Shown here piece by piece: positions 1-16,428 of a stretch of 64,000 nucleotides of DNA. The stretch comes from the human T2T-CHM13v2.0 reference genome, Homo sapiens, in NCBI RefSeq assembly GCF_009914755.1, contig NC_060926.1, one strand, 5' to 3'. The notes under the pieces are model-generated. The model made no database searches. It was not told where the DNA came from and saw nothing but the letters and a program-made list of their open reading frames with translations. The number at the start of each line of letters is the position of its first letter. Position 1 is the stretch's first letter. Made by a program: the position numbers and the translations under genes.

Positions 1-1009
1 CACCCTCCTCTCCTGTTAACTGTTAGAAACTCAGGGTTTCTACTATGGAAACGTCTAAACCCACTGAATTTGGAAAATACCTTTGGAAAAAAATAATTTC
101 TACTCACAAGAATATACAAACTTTAGAGAACAACTTTGAAACAAGATAATTTCTAAGACTGAATTTAGAATTGTTGTGTAGAAAATATAATTTGGCTTGG
201 TTATCTTTTTACTCTTTCGGTTATCTATGTGTCTCTCTGCCTGTAGAGAGGGTTCTGGTCTGGAATAACTTGCTGAGGGGAGCACTGAACTCAAACACCT
301 TCTTGTACAATTCTACCCCTCCAGCTTGCAACCTACAAGACCCACTATTCCTAGGAAAAGCAGTCCACCCTCAAAGCAGCAAGATGCAAGAAGAGATAGT
401 CTTGCTTAGAGGGCTATGAAGTTAAACAATACTGGCTTTGAAAGCTGGTGCTGGTATGTACTAATAACAAATCCTTGGACAACTCACATAACCTGTCTAA
501 TTTATCAATTTTCTCATTGATAAAATTGGTGCAGTATAATAATAATGCACATTTATATTCATTCCCTAGGACACAAATGGCAAACCTGATAAACAGGCAC
601 TGGAGAGGATCCAGTGTCCCTGACACACTTGGGCGTAATCTAAAGGTAGTGGGACATGAATGAAGATGGAGAAAGGGATTTGACACAAAAAGCTGTTTGC
701 TACTTTGGCCAGGTCTGGGTCTCCCGTAGTGTCTGTGTGTGCTTTTCATTTTCAGGCAGAAGTCAACCATATTTGTAAGAGCCTGAGATCACATTTTCTC
801 TTGGGAGTTATAAGCAACCTGGCTTCACTCAGGCACCAGTTTGGGTGGCTAACTTGAACCTTGGCCTTGAAATAAAGAAGTAAAACGAATTGAGAGTAAT
901 GAGCTAACCGGTGATTCCAAATGTAAGTTAAATCTTGTTTGGAATGGAATTATCCACCCTCTTTGAACTGTCACTCCACCAGGTTTTTTAGGAATCATTT
1001 GCTGATTCC

Positions 1010-1800
1010 GATTCCCTACTACGTGTTGAGTTCTGCTGCAAACATGGAAACAAAATGCAGAAAGAGGCTTTGAAGGAGTTTACAGTATAATTGGGGAAAC
1101 AAGATATGAAGGCTTACTTTGTTTTTCTCTTTCGTGTGTGTTCCTAATGTCAACAGGAGTAGTTCAGATACTAGAATCAAGTAGATTTTAGAAGAAGGGA
1201 ATAAAATGTTTCTAAGGCTTGTGGAAGCCTGGGTATGTTTATGAATGAGGTTTGAGAAAGGTTAGATGGGAAAAAGAAACTGCATTACTTTTTAGAATGA
1301 AAGTAGAATAGACTTGGCTAACACAATTTTTGCTAAGAAAAGTGGCAAAAATCATTAAAGCAGTGGATGGAGGAATGATAAGGTTGGACTGGACCTTGAA
1401 GGCAATGAGCAACTACTGATTGTTTCTTCAGAGGTGAGGAAATGGAATGTGATAAGTGTGATACTTATTCTTAGCAAAACTACAATACTTTAATATATGT
1501 ACATGATAATAAATACAACAAATAACATTTGCTATGTGCATATTATATCCTGGATATTGCTCTAAGTGCTTCCCATAAATGGAAATTATTTAATTAAGTA
1601 ATAACCTTAGTGATAGGTACTCATAATGTCCCATTTCAGATGGGAAGTAGGAACTTGTAGGGAGATTGTTCTGGTGGTGATACATTGCAAAGATCAGGTG
1701 GGGCAAAGACACTGAGGCAGGGAACCTGGGGTGGAAGTCGGCAAGACAGCCAGACAAAGACATCAAGCCCTGAGTCTAGATTAAGGCTGTGCTATCTGAC
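1010..1800 (-). mobile_element. Highly degraded L2 fragments with an interrupting MIR-like piece (~1520-1650)
   Basis: L2-like phrases (GGAGTTTACAGTATAATTGGGGAAACAAGA; GAAGGCAATGAGCAACTACTGA) and MIR-like GATAGGTACTCATAATGTCCCATTTCAGATGGGAA. Boundaries approximate. Confidence 0.4.
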
Positions 1801-2169
1801 ACGTTATTCTTGAATGTGAAGAGAAATGTCCAGGTTAAATATTAAATGTAGATGAAATAATTAATGTAGATAAAGCCCTATTTGGTCCATTGATTAACAG
1901 GGGCAAAGACTCTCCTTTGTAAAGTCAAAGGGCACCGAATTTTCTGACATCGACAGAGAAGCCCAAATACCACATTTCTTAGGGCTCCTCTGAAGGTGTT
2001 CTTCAGTGTTCATTCGAGAAACTTAACTCTTGTCTGCCATTACCCACCAGGCAGAAATTCAACATTTGGTAAACGAGTGGTTCTTTTAGATTAAAAAAAT
2101 GAAGAAACTTGTATCATTTTATATTTACTTCTGCTTCAAACAAAATAGTATTATTTCTATTTATTTATA

Positions 2170-3870
2170 AAGTATGTTTTTATTTTACTGATACATAATA
2201 TTTTGAGTATGGGGTATATGAGTATTTATGGGTATATGAGTGAGTTTTGTTACATGCATAGAATGTATAATGATCAAGTCAGTGTATTTGGGGCATCCAT
2301 CACCTGGAGTATTCATCATTTATGTGTTGGCATCATTTCAAGTCCCCTCTTCTAGTTACTTTGAAATATACAAAATATTATTGCTAAGTATAGTCACCCT
2401 ATTCTGCTATCAAACATTAGAACTTATTTCTTCTATTAAACTGTATGTTTGTATCCATTAACCAACTTGCCTTCATCATCCTCCTCACCCACCCACCCTT
2501 CCCTGTCTCTGGTATGTATCATTCTATTCTCTGTTTTCATGAGATCAAGTTATTTAGCTCCCACATATTAATGAGAACATGCAGTATTTGTCTTTCTGGG
2601 CCTGGATGGTTTCATGTAACATAATGACCTCCAGTTCCATCCGTGTTGCTGCAAGTCACATGATTTCATTCTTTTTTATGGCCAAATAGTATTCCTTTGT
2701 GTATATATAACTCATTTTCTTTATCCATTTATCCCTTGATGGACACTTAAGTTGATTTCACATCTTCGCTATTGTGAATAGTGCTGCGATAAACATGAGA
2801 GTTCAGGTGTCCCTTTGATACATTGATTTGTTTTTCTTTTTTGAATAAATGCCTGGTAGTGAGATTGCTGGGTCATATGGTGGTTTTATTTTTAGTTCTT
2901 TGAGAAATCTCCATACTGTTTTCCATAGTTGTTGCAATAATATGCATTCCAGCCAAGAATGTTTGAGTTCCATTTTCTCCACATCCTCTTACCTGTTTTT
3001 TCACTTTTGTCATTTAATAATAGTCATTCTAACTAAGTTGAGATGATATCTAATTGTGGTTTTGATTTGCACTTCCCAGATGATTTGTGGTATTGAACAT
3101 TTTAAAAATATATCTGTCAACCATTTTTATGTCTTCTCTTAAAAATGTCTATTCATATCTTTTCCCCATTTTTAATGAGGTTATACATTTTTTGCCATTG
3201 AGTTGTTTGGGTTCCTTGTATTTTCTGGTCATTGGTCTCCTGTTAGATTAATAGGGTACAAATATTTTCTCCCATTCAAGAGGCTGTCTCTTCACTCTTA
3301 TTGTTTCCTTTGCTGTGCAGAAGCTTTTTACTTTAATAGAGTCCCATTTGTCTATTTTATGTTTTTGTTGCCTTGCTTTTGAGATCTTAGCCATAAAATC
3401 TTTGCCTAGACTAATGTCTTATGTTTAAGTGTTTAATTCATCTTAAGTTGACTTTCGTACATGGTGAGAGATAGGAGTCCAGTTTCATTCTTCTGCATAG
3501 GGGTATCCAGTTTTACCAGCACCATTTATTGAATAGAATGTCCTTTCCCCAATGTATGCTCTTGGTAGCTTTATCAAAGATTAATTGGCTATGAATATTT
3601 AGATTTCAGTTCTCTGTTTTGTTCCATTGGTCTATGCATCTATTTAATATCAATACTATGCTGTTTTGGTTACTATAGCCTTGTAATATATTTTGAAGTC
3701 ATGTAGTGTGATGCCTCCAGATTTGTTCTATTTGCTTAGGATTGCTTTGATTATTCAAGGTCTTTTGTGGTTCTATGCAAATTTTAGGATTTATTTCCTA
3801 CTTTTGTGAAAAATTACATTGGTATTTTGATAATTACATTGGTATTTTGATTGCACTGAATTCATATTTA
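2170..3870 (-). mobile_element. L1MA-type LINE-1 3' portion (3'UTR plus ORF2 C-terminus), 5' truncated
   Basis: T-rich start, L1MA-type 3'UTR (TTTTGTTACATGCATAGAATGTATAATGATCAAGTCAG), then antisense ORF2 sequence homologous to the L1PA copy at 12.6-13.9 kb (e.g. TTTGCTGTGCAGAAGCTTTT). Internal 20-bp tandem duplication at ~3812-3851. Confidence 0.85.
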
Positions 3871-3969
3871 AGACATGCCAAGAAGTATTGAGAAAGACAT
3901 TATAGGCAACCATGTACCACAATTTAGATCTATTATATTTTGCCATGTTTTCTTTATATAACTTTTTAC

Positions 3970-4420
3970 TTCTGCTTTTAAATAGCTTTATGAAGTTATG
4001 GTTGACTTCTGTTGCACATAACTGACTATAATTTGTTAAGTTTTGACATACATGTACTTTTATAAACCCATTACCACAATCAAGGTAGTGAACATTTCCA
4101 TCATCTACATATATCACTTTTCAAAGGAGTAAAATATTTCTGATATAGTGTAGTGCCAACACTCTGTTCTTACCTATCTGTTTCTAGAGTTAATCACTCT
4201 CTAGAAGCTATTTCTCCTGTGCATTTGCCTTAAAAAAACTTATGCATCTACAGGTAACATGCTGTAATATTTACTAATATACTGCTTTGAAATTTTACAT
4301 AGATATCATCATATTAAACATTTTTAACTTGCTTTCTCCTACTTCCACCAAAAGGTTTTTGATATATCCATGCTTATCCATGTAGATTAGATTAATTAAT
4401 TTAACATATTCTATCAAAAT
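3970..4420 (-). mobile_element. Old L1M (L1MC/L1ME-like) 3' end fragment
   Basis: AATAGCTTTATGAAGTTATGGTTGAC...ACCACAATCAAGGTAGTGAACATTTCCATCA resembles antisense L1M 3' ends. Confidence 0.55.
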
Positions 4421-4589
4421 ATTATATTGTAGTGAAAAATTAAATAAAACTGAAGTTTTTGTCTTGAAAATCGAAGTTTAAATTTAAAACCAAAATTAAA
4501 TTCCAAAATTGCAGTCCAAAGCCAGCTTGTTACAATGTATCATAGCTGCCATCTAAGGGGGTAAAAGAATATAAGTTTTAAACCCACTA

Positions 4590-4715
4590 ATTGTTAATAG
4601 TAATTTATTTATATGTAAGAGTATGGGTAATTTTATATTTTATGTTTTATTCTTTCTATTTTTACTTTCCAAATTAATCATAATTAATATGTATTATTTT
4701 TATAATAAAAATAAA
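4590..4715 (+). mobile_element. L1ME-like 3' terminus
   Basis: GTATGGGTAATTTTATATTT...ATGTATTATTTTTATAATAAAAATAAAA resembles L1ME3/4 3' ends. Confidence 0.45.
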
Positions 4716-5131
4716 ATATCAAGTTGAATTATTGGGGTGCTTTACTATGAAACTATCTCACTAGGAAGTTTACAGGCAAATGTGAGCATGGAAAAATGAT
4801 CTTAAAAGTGTGTATAAGCAGCTGAGACAAAATCTTCACTGAGTTGAGGAGAGTATTAGGTATGGAGAGATTTTCTTACTGTTTTATAACTTGTGGTGCA
4901 TATGTCATGGATAGAACTTATCAGTTTTTATTCAGTGAGACTCTTCCAAATACAGCTGAAAGAATCCCATCAGATTTATAGTGATCTTCTAATAGGCACA
5001 GTTATATGATGTCATTTTTCTCAAAGATCACTGCATCTATTCATTCCATGAATGAAAGCGCTTATCCCATTCACAAGGAAGCTGCTAAGAGTTTTTTACA
5101 CCAACCTTCTGTACATTTTTCCCACTTGGAA

Positions 5132-5135
<4 letters not shown>

Positions 5136-5172
<37 letters not shown>
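5136..5172. repeat. (TA)n microsatellite
   Basis: About 18 uninterrupted AT units. Confidence 0.98.
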
Positions 5173-5176
<4 letters not shown>

Positions 5177-6719
5177 CCACTTTTTTGATGTGACTCATTT
5201 CCCATTGATTTTTCATTTTTAATAAAATTTTTCTAAGCACTTCAAGGGAAAGGCCATTAAATGCTTCCCTGAGTGCCCATAACTGAAGTAAAAATAGAGG
5301 AGCAGAATATTTCCCCACATTTTTCTTATACTTGAAAAATGTTGTTGCATATTTTTGAAATATTTATCTTAGAGAAAGCTCGGAAGCCATGACATGGTGG
5401 GCCAATTTCTCTGCTCTATTGTTAAGGTTTTTACCATTCCATAATGCTGACAAATTATCATCTTAATTTATAAATTTATTTATGTTGGAGTTGCAGTGCC
5501 TTTGTAACTTACCACAATATGCTATTATGAGGACTGAATGCTTAAGCTGAAGGGGTCTGAGTGTGTTACTGTAAGTTGACATGAAAAATCTGTGTCAGAA
5601 TGGATAATTTTGACCCAGAAAGCTGGAACTAAGTTTATATAGAACCCCCAATTCGACACTGTGTCTTTCTTCGTTTGAGATGTTTTCTCCTTTCCATCGA
5701 TTGGCTTTCTGCATTATTCTATCTCAAATCATACACACGTATGCAAACCCACATTCTCTTGCTTATGGCAAATGTGTACCTGCTTTTTCTCTTATCCAGA
5801 ATTGCATATGCTACTTATATACTAATAGCCCAAATATTTGTATGGTGTGTGAAATGTGGGAGTATTTCAAGCTGTAACCAAATAATGTTAAATAGTGAAA
5901 ACTGGTTTATTGAATAGAAGCACATTTTCAAAAAGCTTTGTTCCATGGAAACACTTTTAATATGTGCTTGCCAGCCAGCATATGGCACATGTCTCAAGAA
6001 GTGTCAAAATACTAATTTTTAAAAATGAACAAACATGTTATTGATAAATGTATTACTTGGTAGAAATGGTTGTTGAATATTACTGATCCTTATTACTCTA
6101 CAGAGAAAGGGAAAAACTCAATTAACTAATAGCATTGTAGTCTAATTGTACACACCCATTTCTGTTTCTCAAAGGATAATACTAATAATTATCTTAGCAG
6201 AATTGAATAGCAATATGTCTAAAATATCTTCTACAGTAGTCTATTTTTAATTGCTAACAAAGGAGAAAAAATATTGAGAATTAGTATCTTTTTAAACAAT
6301 GAGTAAATTGACGTTTTAAACTGCATTTTAAAATTATTTTCTTTTTAATGATACTTCTCTTTTTAAGGACACAATTGATGAAAATTATGTATAAAGCATT
6401 AAATGTTTTTTCCAGATTTGTTCTTTCATTGTATTACATTTATAAATTTATAAAACAAAATTTTATTCAATTTTGTTTAATTTTACCCATGAGATACTGC
6501 ATACAAAGAGAGTGTTTGCAGATATTGTAACCACACGGTCTCTGTAATAGAAATAATCATTTTTGGTATGCATTATATTGTTCAATTTTGTTGAACAATG
6601 TAACGAACACTCCACTTGACAAGAGAACACTCAGAATCATTATGGCACAAAGATAACTGTCATTTATTGTTCACCTTCTAGTTTCCAAAGATGCTGTCTT
6701 CACTTGTGCTATTTTGCTT

Positions 6720-6870
6720 CAGTAGTCATATCACCATTGTAAAGGTAAGAAAAGAGACTCACAAAGGGCAAATAGCTTGTCCAAGGTCACTTATCAAGTA
6801 AGCAGTGGAGACAAAACTCAGTCACTCTTGTTCTGGCTCCGCCGTGTCCTTTCACTTCCACATGCTCCCT
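6720..6870 (-). mobile_element. MIR SINE fragment
   Basis: Degenerate MIR core CCATTGTAAAGGTAAGAAAAGAGACTCACAAAGGGCAAATAGCTTGTCCAAGGTCAC. Confidence 0.7.
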
Positions 6871-7725
6871 TTAAAAAAAGGATGATAGGAGATGGAACAG
6901 GAAAAGACGAGAGGTAGAGTATAAAGCCAGTATTGAGACTAAAAAGCAACCACTCATTCCAAATAACTTGCATTCATTCAGATACACTCAGGAAATTGTT
7001 GGAGACCAACAAATAGATCAGGCAATCTTTAGTGAGGAGAGCAATAGCTCTTGTGCTCTCACAGATGGGGATGTGGGCCATGGAGACCTTGGCCTCAGAG
7101 TTTTTATTTCCTGTCCTATTTTGTGCTTGTTTGGCAGAAGGTTCAAAAGAGAGTACTATATGCCAAGAGGAGCTATCAGACAAATGAAAAAGTAGACACT
7201 CAGAACAGATGATGATTTTGGCAGAGGGATTATTACTGGTTTGATAGGATACAGCAAAAGACCTCTACTGCTTTTGCTTTATTGTAGGGAAGAAATACTG
7301 ACTAGTTTATAGACCACTAATATTCCCTATGGAGAAAAATGCATACGTCATTTTAAATATAAAATTTTAAATGGCAAGATTTGCTGGCAAGATTGAAAAG
7401 GAAAAGGAGAGGAAAAGACAAGAATGTAAAATAAGTTGTCTGTTCCTTACCCATAACTCTATATTATTCATATTATTATAGGTATCAGGAGGTAATATTC
7501 ATGTGAGGCTAGCATATAATGTCTGTTAACCTCTTATTATAGAAATTGTACAAAACTGAAATCCAGAAAAGTCAGAGAAATACTGTTAGCAGTAAAACTA
7601 GGACATGGTTTTGTTTTGTTTTTTCATTTTTTTTAAACAAAGACAGGGTTGGAGCCTCATTAGCTGAAAAAATCTGAATCTCCACATGATTAGAGTGAGG
7701 GAGATTATGATATACATTATTCTGG

Positions 7726-8115
7726 TGTTAAAAGAACAACTTTAGACAAATTAAATCGATGGAGTTTAATTGAACAGTGATTCATAAGTTGAGCAGCCCC
7801 TGAATCAAAATAGGTCCAGAGATTCTCTGGAGCTGCCACATAGACAAGATTTATGGACATAAAAAGGAAAATGATGTACAGAAAATGGAAGTGAGGTACA
7901 GAAACAGCTGGGTTGGTTACAGCTTGGCATTTACCTTATTTGAACAGGGATTAAACAGTTGGCTGCCTGTGATTGGCTGAAACTCAGAGATTGGCACAAG
8001 AGTAGGTCAGGTCTGTTTACATGCCGGTAAGTTAGAGTTCATTATGTATGGAGAAATCTTTAGGTGGAACTTAAGCTATGTAATAAGGCAGCTTTAGGCT
8101 AAACTTAATTGAACG
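7726..8115 (-). mobile_element. Solo ERV1 LTR, MER57 family
   Basis: Starts TGTTA and ends GGCAGCTTTAGGCTAAACTTAATTGAACG, the reverse complement of the MER57 start. Internal GAAGTGAGGTACAGAAACAGCTGG. 4-bp TSD CTGG at 7722-7725 and 8116-8119. Confidence 0.85.
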
Positions 8116-8324
8116 CTGGTGATTAAAGAAGTATTGAATTTCAAAATGGAGCCTGAAAAAAGATACTATGCCTCCCATTGGCCTTGCCCCTTATGCCAAC
8201 TACTTGTCTGTTCATGCAGGCTGGCAGCCATCTTGGGAAAGAAACCTGGGGCTGCCATTTTGTAAGGGCTTGGTTTGTCTTTGGCTTTATTTGGTCATAC
8301 ATTCAGCAAATCTTTATTAAGTGC

Positions 8325-8736
8325 TGAGAAAAGAATAGAACGTTTATCTGAGGAATGAGAGTTCAAGTTATCAGGCCTAGAGAGACATTAAAAAATGAGA
8401 CAGCTATGACACCCTACTTCCTTGCTTTTATACTGTGTACTCATCTCTTGAAACTGCTTGCTAGTGCCAAAAGTAACTGTAAATGACCCTAAGAATGCAG
8501 TATCAGACACTGTAACTCACACTCTATATCTTAAAAATGTAAAGCCAATTACTAATCAATGCTATTTCTGTAAACTGATGAGAATTTCTAACAAACAATT
8601 TTATATCATCACATTCTCCCTTTTTTGCCTTAAAAAACCTGCTTATAACAAAGGCCAAATAGAGCTTATATTCAAGAATGGTTGGATCTGAGCCTTCTGG
8701 GCAGCTGTCTTCACTTCAGCTCAAGTAAACTCTTTA
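8325..8736 (+). mobile_element. Solo ERV1 (MER4-group) LTR, subfamily uncertain (MER49/LTR56-like)
   Basis: TGAGAAAAG...TTTATCTGAGGAATG...TTATCAGGCCTAGAGAGACATT start, with GCTCAAGTAAACTCTTTA polyA-signal region. The 3' end runs into a GA-rich tract. Confidence 0.65.
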
Positions 8737-8900
8737 AAAAAGAAAGAGAGAGAGAGAAAGAGAGAGAGAGGGAAAGAAAGAGAGAGAGGGAAAGAAAGAG
8801 AGAGAGAGGGAGGGAGGGAAAAGAAGAGAAGAAAAGAAAAAACCATAAGATTAATAAAAGAAAGAAAGAAAGAAAACATAAGGAAAAAAAGAGAAAAGAA
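8737..8900. repeat. Purine-rich (GA/GAAA) low-complexity tract
   Basis: About 160 nt that is almost all A and G. Explains the K/E/R-rich ORF 8682..9137. Confidence 0.95.
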
Positions 8901-9321
8901 ATCCTGGAGAGATTCCATGAGTCAACTGGTCTGCAGCTTCTAAAACCTTTTGTAGGGTTCCTGTGGCCCCCTGTTGAAGAGTTCTGTAAAGACAGAACTA
9001 TTGAAGATTGTGCCTCCACTTTGGCTTGTTTAAACCCTTTACTGCTTTTTGGAAGAGGAAGAATCAAAGTAAATTTTATGGTTGGCTCCTTTACTGGGAA
9101 AAAGGAGGAGAAGCTCTTTGTGGTATCACATAAATAAGCATTTCTTTACCAGCATGTGAGTTCTTCACCCTGGGTGACAGGAGTCCAGGAGCCCAGTAAG
9201 CCAGAGTTATAAACAGATGGGGTGAAATCAGGGTGGATGGGCAAGAATGGAGAGAAACAAATGAAGTTTCAAGGCACTAGGACTGTGTGAACTTCTATCC
9301 CCTTGAATTATATCATCTAGA

Positions 9322-10559
9322 TGTTATGGGATCTCTGGGGTGTCAGTTTTTCTGGCTGGAAACCTCTGTGGCTGCAGTGCCTTTGCCCAAGTTCTTCTCC
9401 TGTGTCCAGGAAGAACGAGGTATGCAGACAAGTGAAGGGTGAAGAAGAGTTCTATTTCATGTTAGAACAGCTAAAAGGATTGGGTAGCTCCTCTTGTAGG
9501 CAGGTTGTCTGGTCGAGTGTTCAGCCCTTAGCAGAGAGGAGGCCCTGGAATGGGTGGCTCCTCTCCATAGGCAAGACATTCTGATGTCTCTGCAGATCTC
9601 TGAAGCTCTCAGCAGAGAGGATATTTCTCTCTGCTGGCAAGTTGTCTCTGCAGCTCTTCAGGGAAGGCTATTCCTTTCTGCAGCTAGTTCTCCGGTCCCA
9701 TGGTCTCTCTGCCGTCTTCCTCCTCTGGCCATCCTCTGCCTGCTCTGGCTGAGTCCAAGGCTTTTATGGACCTCAGCGGGGAGGAAATGGGGCCAATTAG
9801 TTGATGGGCAGCCATGGGCGAACCCAGAAGAGGCACCATGAGTCCCCACTGTGGTCCACAGGACTGACAGCCCAGCAACCAGTCTTCAGACCCTTCTTGG
9901 CCTGAAGGTGGGGCCTTACTGGCGAACCACCCCCTTCCACCCAGGAATCAATTTGCCTCCCGCTGCCATTCATGGCCTAGGGGCTTGGCTCCAATGCCCA
10001 CTCTAAGATCAGAGCAAGTGCTGGAAGTGGAGAGAGGCCAGGCAGTGGGAGCAGACACCCTGAGCCTTCAGGGATGGGAGTCCTTCCTGTGGCCCCCAAG
10101 GGTGCAGGCTGCAGAGATGCCGGGGTCCTGTGCCTGGGAGGGTGGCTGCAGCTGCACCCAGGAGCTCTCACCCTGCTAACTCAGAAGGGGCAGGGCTCCC
10201 ACTTGTCCCCAGCTCTTCCTTGTCTCCTCTACAGCCCAGGTCTACAGCCATGGGTGTGGTGGCTGCAGCTACACCCAGGAGGGCAGATCCTGCCTGCTCT
10301 TGGCCCTCCCACAAGAGCACAGGGAGGCGCGGATCTACAGCTGGTTTGGGCAGCTGTAGCCCCACTCCGGAGAGCAGGGCTTCTGCCTGCTCTGTAGAGC
10401 AGGAGGCCTGGGGTCTGCAGCTGTGGTTAGGGTGGCTGCAGTAACCGAGGAGCTCCAGTCCCAATCAGAAGGGGCAGGGTTCCCACTGGCTCCATGGAGT
10501 GTGCAGCCACAGCCACGCTTCCCCACTGCAACTGGCATGATGAGCAGCCACTGCCATCA
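9322..10559 (-). mobile_element. Solo ERV1 LTR, MER52 family (length fits MER52C)
   Basis: TGTTATGGGATC...GCAGCCACTGCCATCA termini are the reverse complement of MER52 ends. GC-rich with internal GGCTGCAGCT(G/A)CACCCAGGAG repeats. Near-TSD TAGA/CAGA. Confidence 0.88.
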
Positions 10560-11284
10560 CAGATATTTGTCTCATTTTGTTATTTACTAGAGAAAACATA
10601 ACAATTTCTTACTAAAAATTTTGAAGTATAAAAATGGAAGGAGAATGTCTAAGTCCTCTGGAAATAAATGGCATTGACAGTCTTCTTGATTTAATTTCTG
10701 CTACTTATTTCAAGAGGCATCCAGATGCTTTCCTTAATTGGATCCAGTTAAGATAGTCCTGATGGAAAATTCAGTATATTGGCCATAATTATTGAATTAG
10801 TGAATCACAGACATGATTAGAAAGAAATTAACATAGCCACCTGACTCTTGTGAAGGTTATAATTGATTCTGGTTATTAAAGTTGTCCCAATTAAATTAGT
10901 GATGACCATCTAAACTCAACATTCCCTAACAATAATAAAGTGACTTTTATTTGTGCAAAACTATTATTTTTAATGTTGGATAGAGAAAACAATCTCTATC
11001 TTTTAAAAGTATCTATGGAAAATATGTTTTTTTTTGTAGTAATAATTTAGGCTCTCTTATATGAGGAAAAACTATCAGATCCTATCCTGATTCCAGGAAA
11101 GTAAAATTGAAGGTGACCCTAAAGATAAATCCTAGTCAATAGCATTCTATTATGTTTACCCCCTTTAAACACAAATTGAACACCTCCCCTGAAAGGAATT
11201 CCTGTGGCTGTTTATTTTAATCTTTATGAAGATTTAATGCTGGGAAATTGTTTCTCATACTAAGTTCTCTTATTCATTTTATAA

Positions 11285-11441
11285 TTTTTTTTTTTTTGAG
11301 ATAGAGTCTCACTCTGTCCCCCATTCTGGGGTGAAGTGGTATGATCATAGCTTATTGCAGTCTTGAACTCCTGTCTGGGCTCAAGTGATCCTCCCACCTC
11401 AGCCTCCCAAGTAACTCGGGTGCGAATCAACATGCCTGGCC
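11285..11441 (-). mobile_element. Alu monomer (FRAM/FAM-like) inserted in an L2 3' end
   Basis: PolyT plus a single Alu arm. TSD CATTTTA(T/C)AA at 11275-11284 and 11441-11450. Confidence 0.85.
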
Positions 11442-12153
11442 ATTTTACAAATATTTATTGTGTACCTACGACTTGCCAAGCACTGGGGTATAGTATAAAC
11501 AGTGGTGAAAAAAATAACCTCTACACTGAAAGAAATTAAAATGGGTGTGAAAATATTTGTATTTTTAACCAATTAGTCCTTGACTTGTGCTGTGGGCTGC
11601 AAACACAGTTCCTCAAAAACCTAAAGATCAGTTTTGCACTTATAGCTCCTTTTTTACCCCTAGATAGGTTTTTGCGTGGGTGGAGGGGGTGTTGAGAGTT
11701 TTTATATGAGATGATTCCAAGTCTTTTCATAATTTTATGATTCTTCCTTGAATACATTTTACTTTCTCTCTATCCCATTTTAAGTGTTATACCTGGAATT
11801 AAATGTGATTCACCAGAACAGTGGTATGTTTTGCTTACGCACTCCCTAAACAAACTTTGAAAAACTGGGTACTCCTTTGAGCATTTTTAAGTAGACATCT
11901 AAAACTTTTTCATTGTAAGTATAAGTAGTTGCAGTGGATGTAATTTCAACTGTATTGGGAATATTGACTTTATAAATAAAACTTGTATTACTCTTTTTAA
12001 TATATCCAAAGAAATATGAGCACCAAGGTGGCTTAATGTCCACCATTATACATTTTGACTCATGTTTGTATTTTGTTGATGATTTAGACTCACTTCTACT
12101 TCTCCTTGAAGTCACCATTTTATTTCATATCCCCCACAGAATTTTATCCTAAT

Positions 12154-12222
12154 ATAACATACTTTTATTCTTAAACATAACATACCTTTATTCTTTAACA
12201 TAACATACTTTTATTCTTAAAA
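12154..12222. repeat. 23-bp tandem repeat, 3 copies
   Basis: ATAACATACTTTTATTCTTAAAC / ATAACATACCTTTATTCTTTAAC / ATAACATACTTTTATTCTTAAAA. Confidence 0.92.
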
Positions 12223-12512
12223 CTATATATAAATAGTTATATATATATAGTTTTGTATATATATAGTTTTGTATTTATATATATGTATTTAAATATATAG
12301 TTATATATATATTATATATAGTTTTGGGATACATGTGCAGAACATGTAGGTTTGTTACATAGGTATACACATGCCATGGTGGTTTGCTGTACACATCAAA
12401 CCGTCATCTACATTAGGTATTTCTCCTAATGCTATCCCTCCCCTAGCTCCCCACTCACTGACAGGCCCCGTTGTGTGATGTTCCCCTCCTTGTGTCCATG
12501 TATTCTCATTGT

Positions 12513-16365
<3,853 letters not shown>

Positions 16366-16428
16366 TATGACACTAGCTGGTTATTTTACCTGTTAGTTGA
16401 TGCAGTTTCTTAATAGTGTTGATGGTCT

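Noticed and set aside
4545-4560. CTCF-like word (rc CCCCTTAGATGGCAGC)
   Set aside because: Mismatches in the core and a single short motif; not supportable without ChIP data.
8682-9137. 151-aa K/E/R-rich ORF and its antisense partners
   Set aside because: Translation of a GA low-complexity tract plus LTR sequence.
9321-10538. Dense cluster of overlapping ORFs in GC-rich sequence, resembling a gene or CpG island
   Set aside because: Lies entirely within the MER52 LTR. High GC suppresses stop codons and CpGs are depleted.
12154-12222. Short direct repeats as a possible CRISPR-like array (also 48859-48935)
   Set aside because: No unique spacers, no cas genes, and a eukaryotic context.
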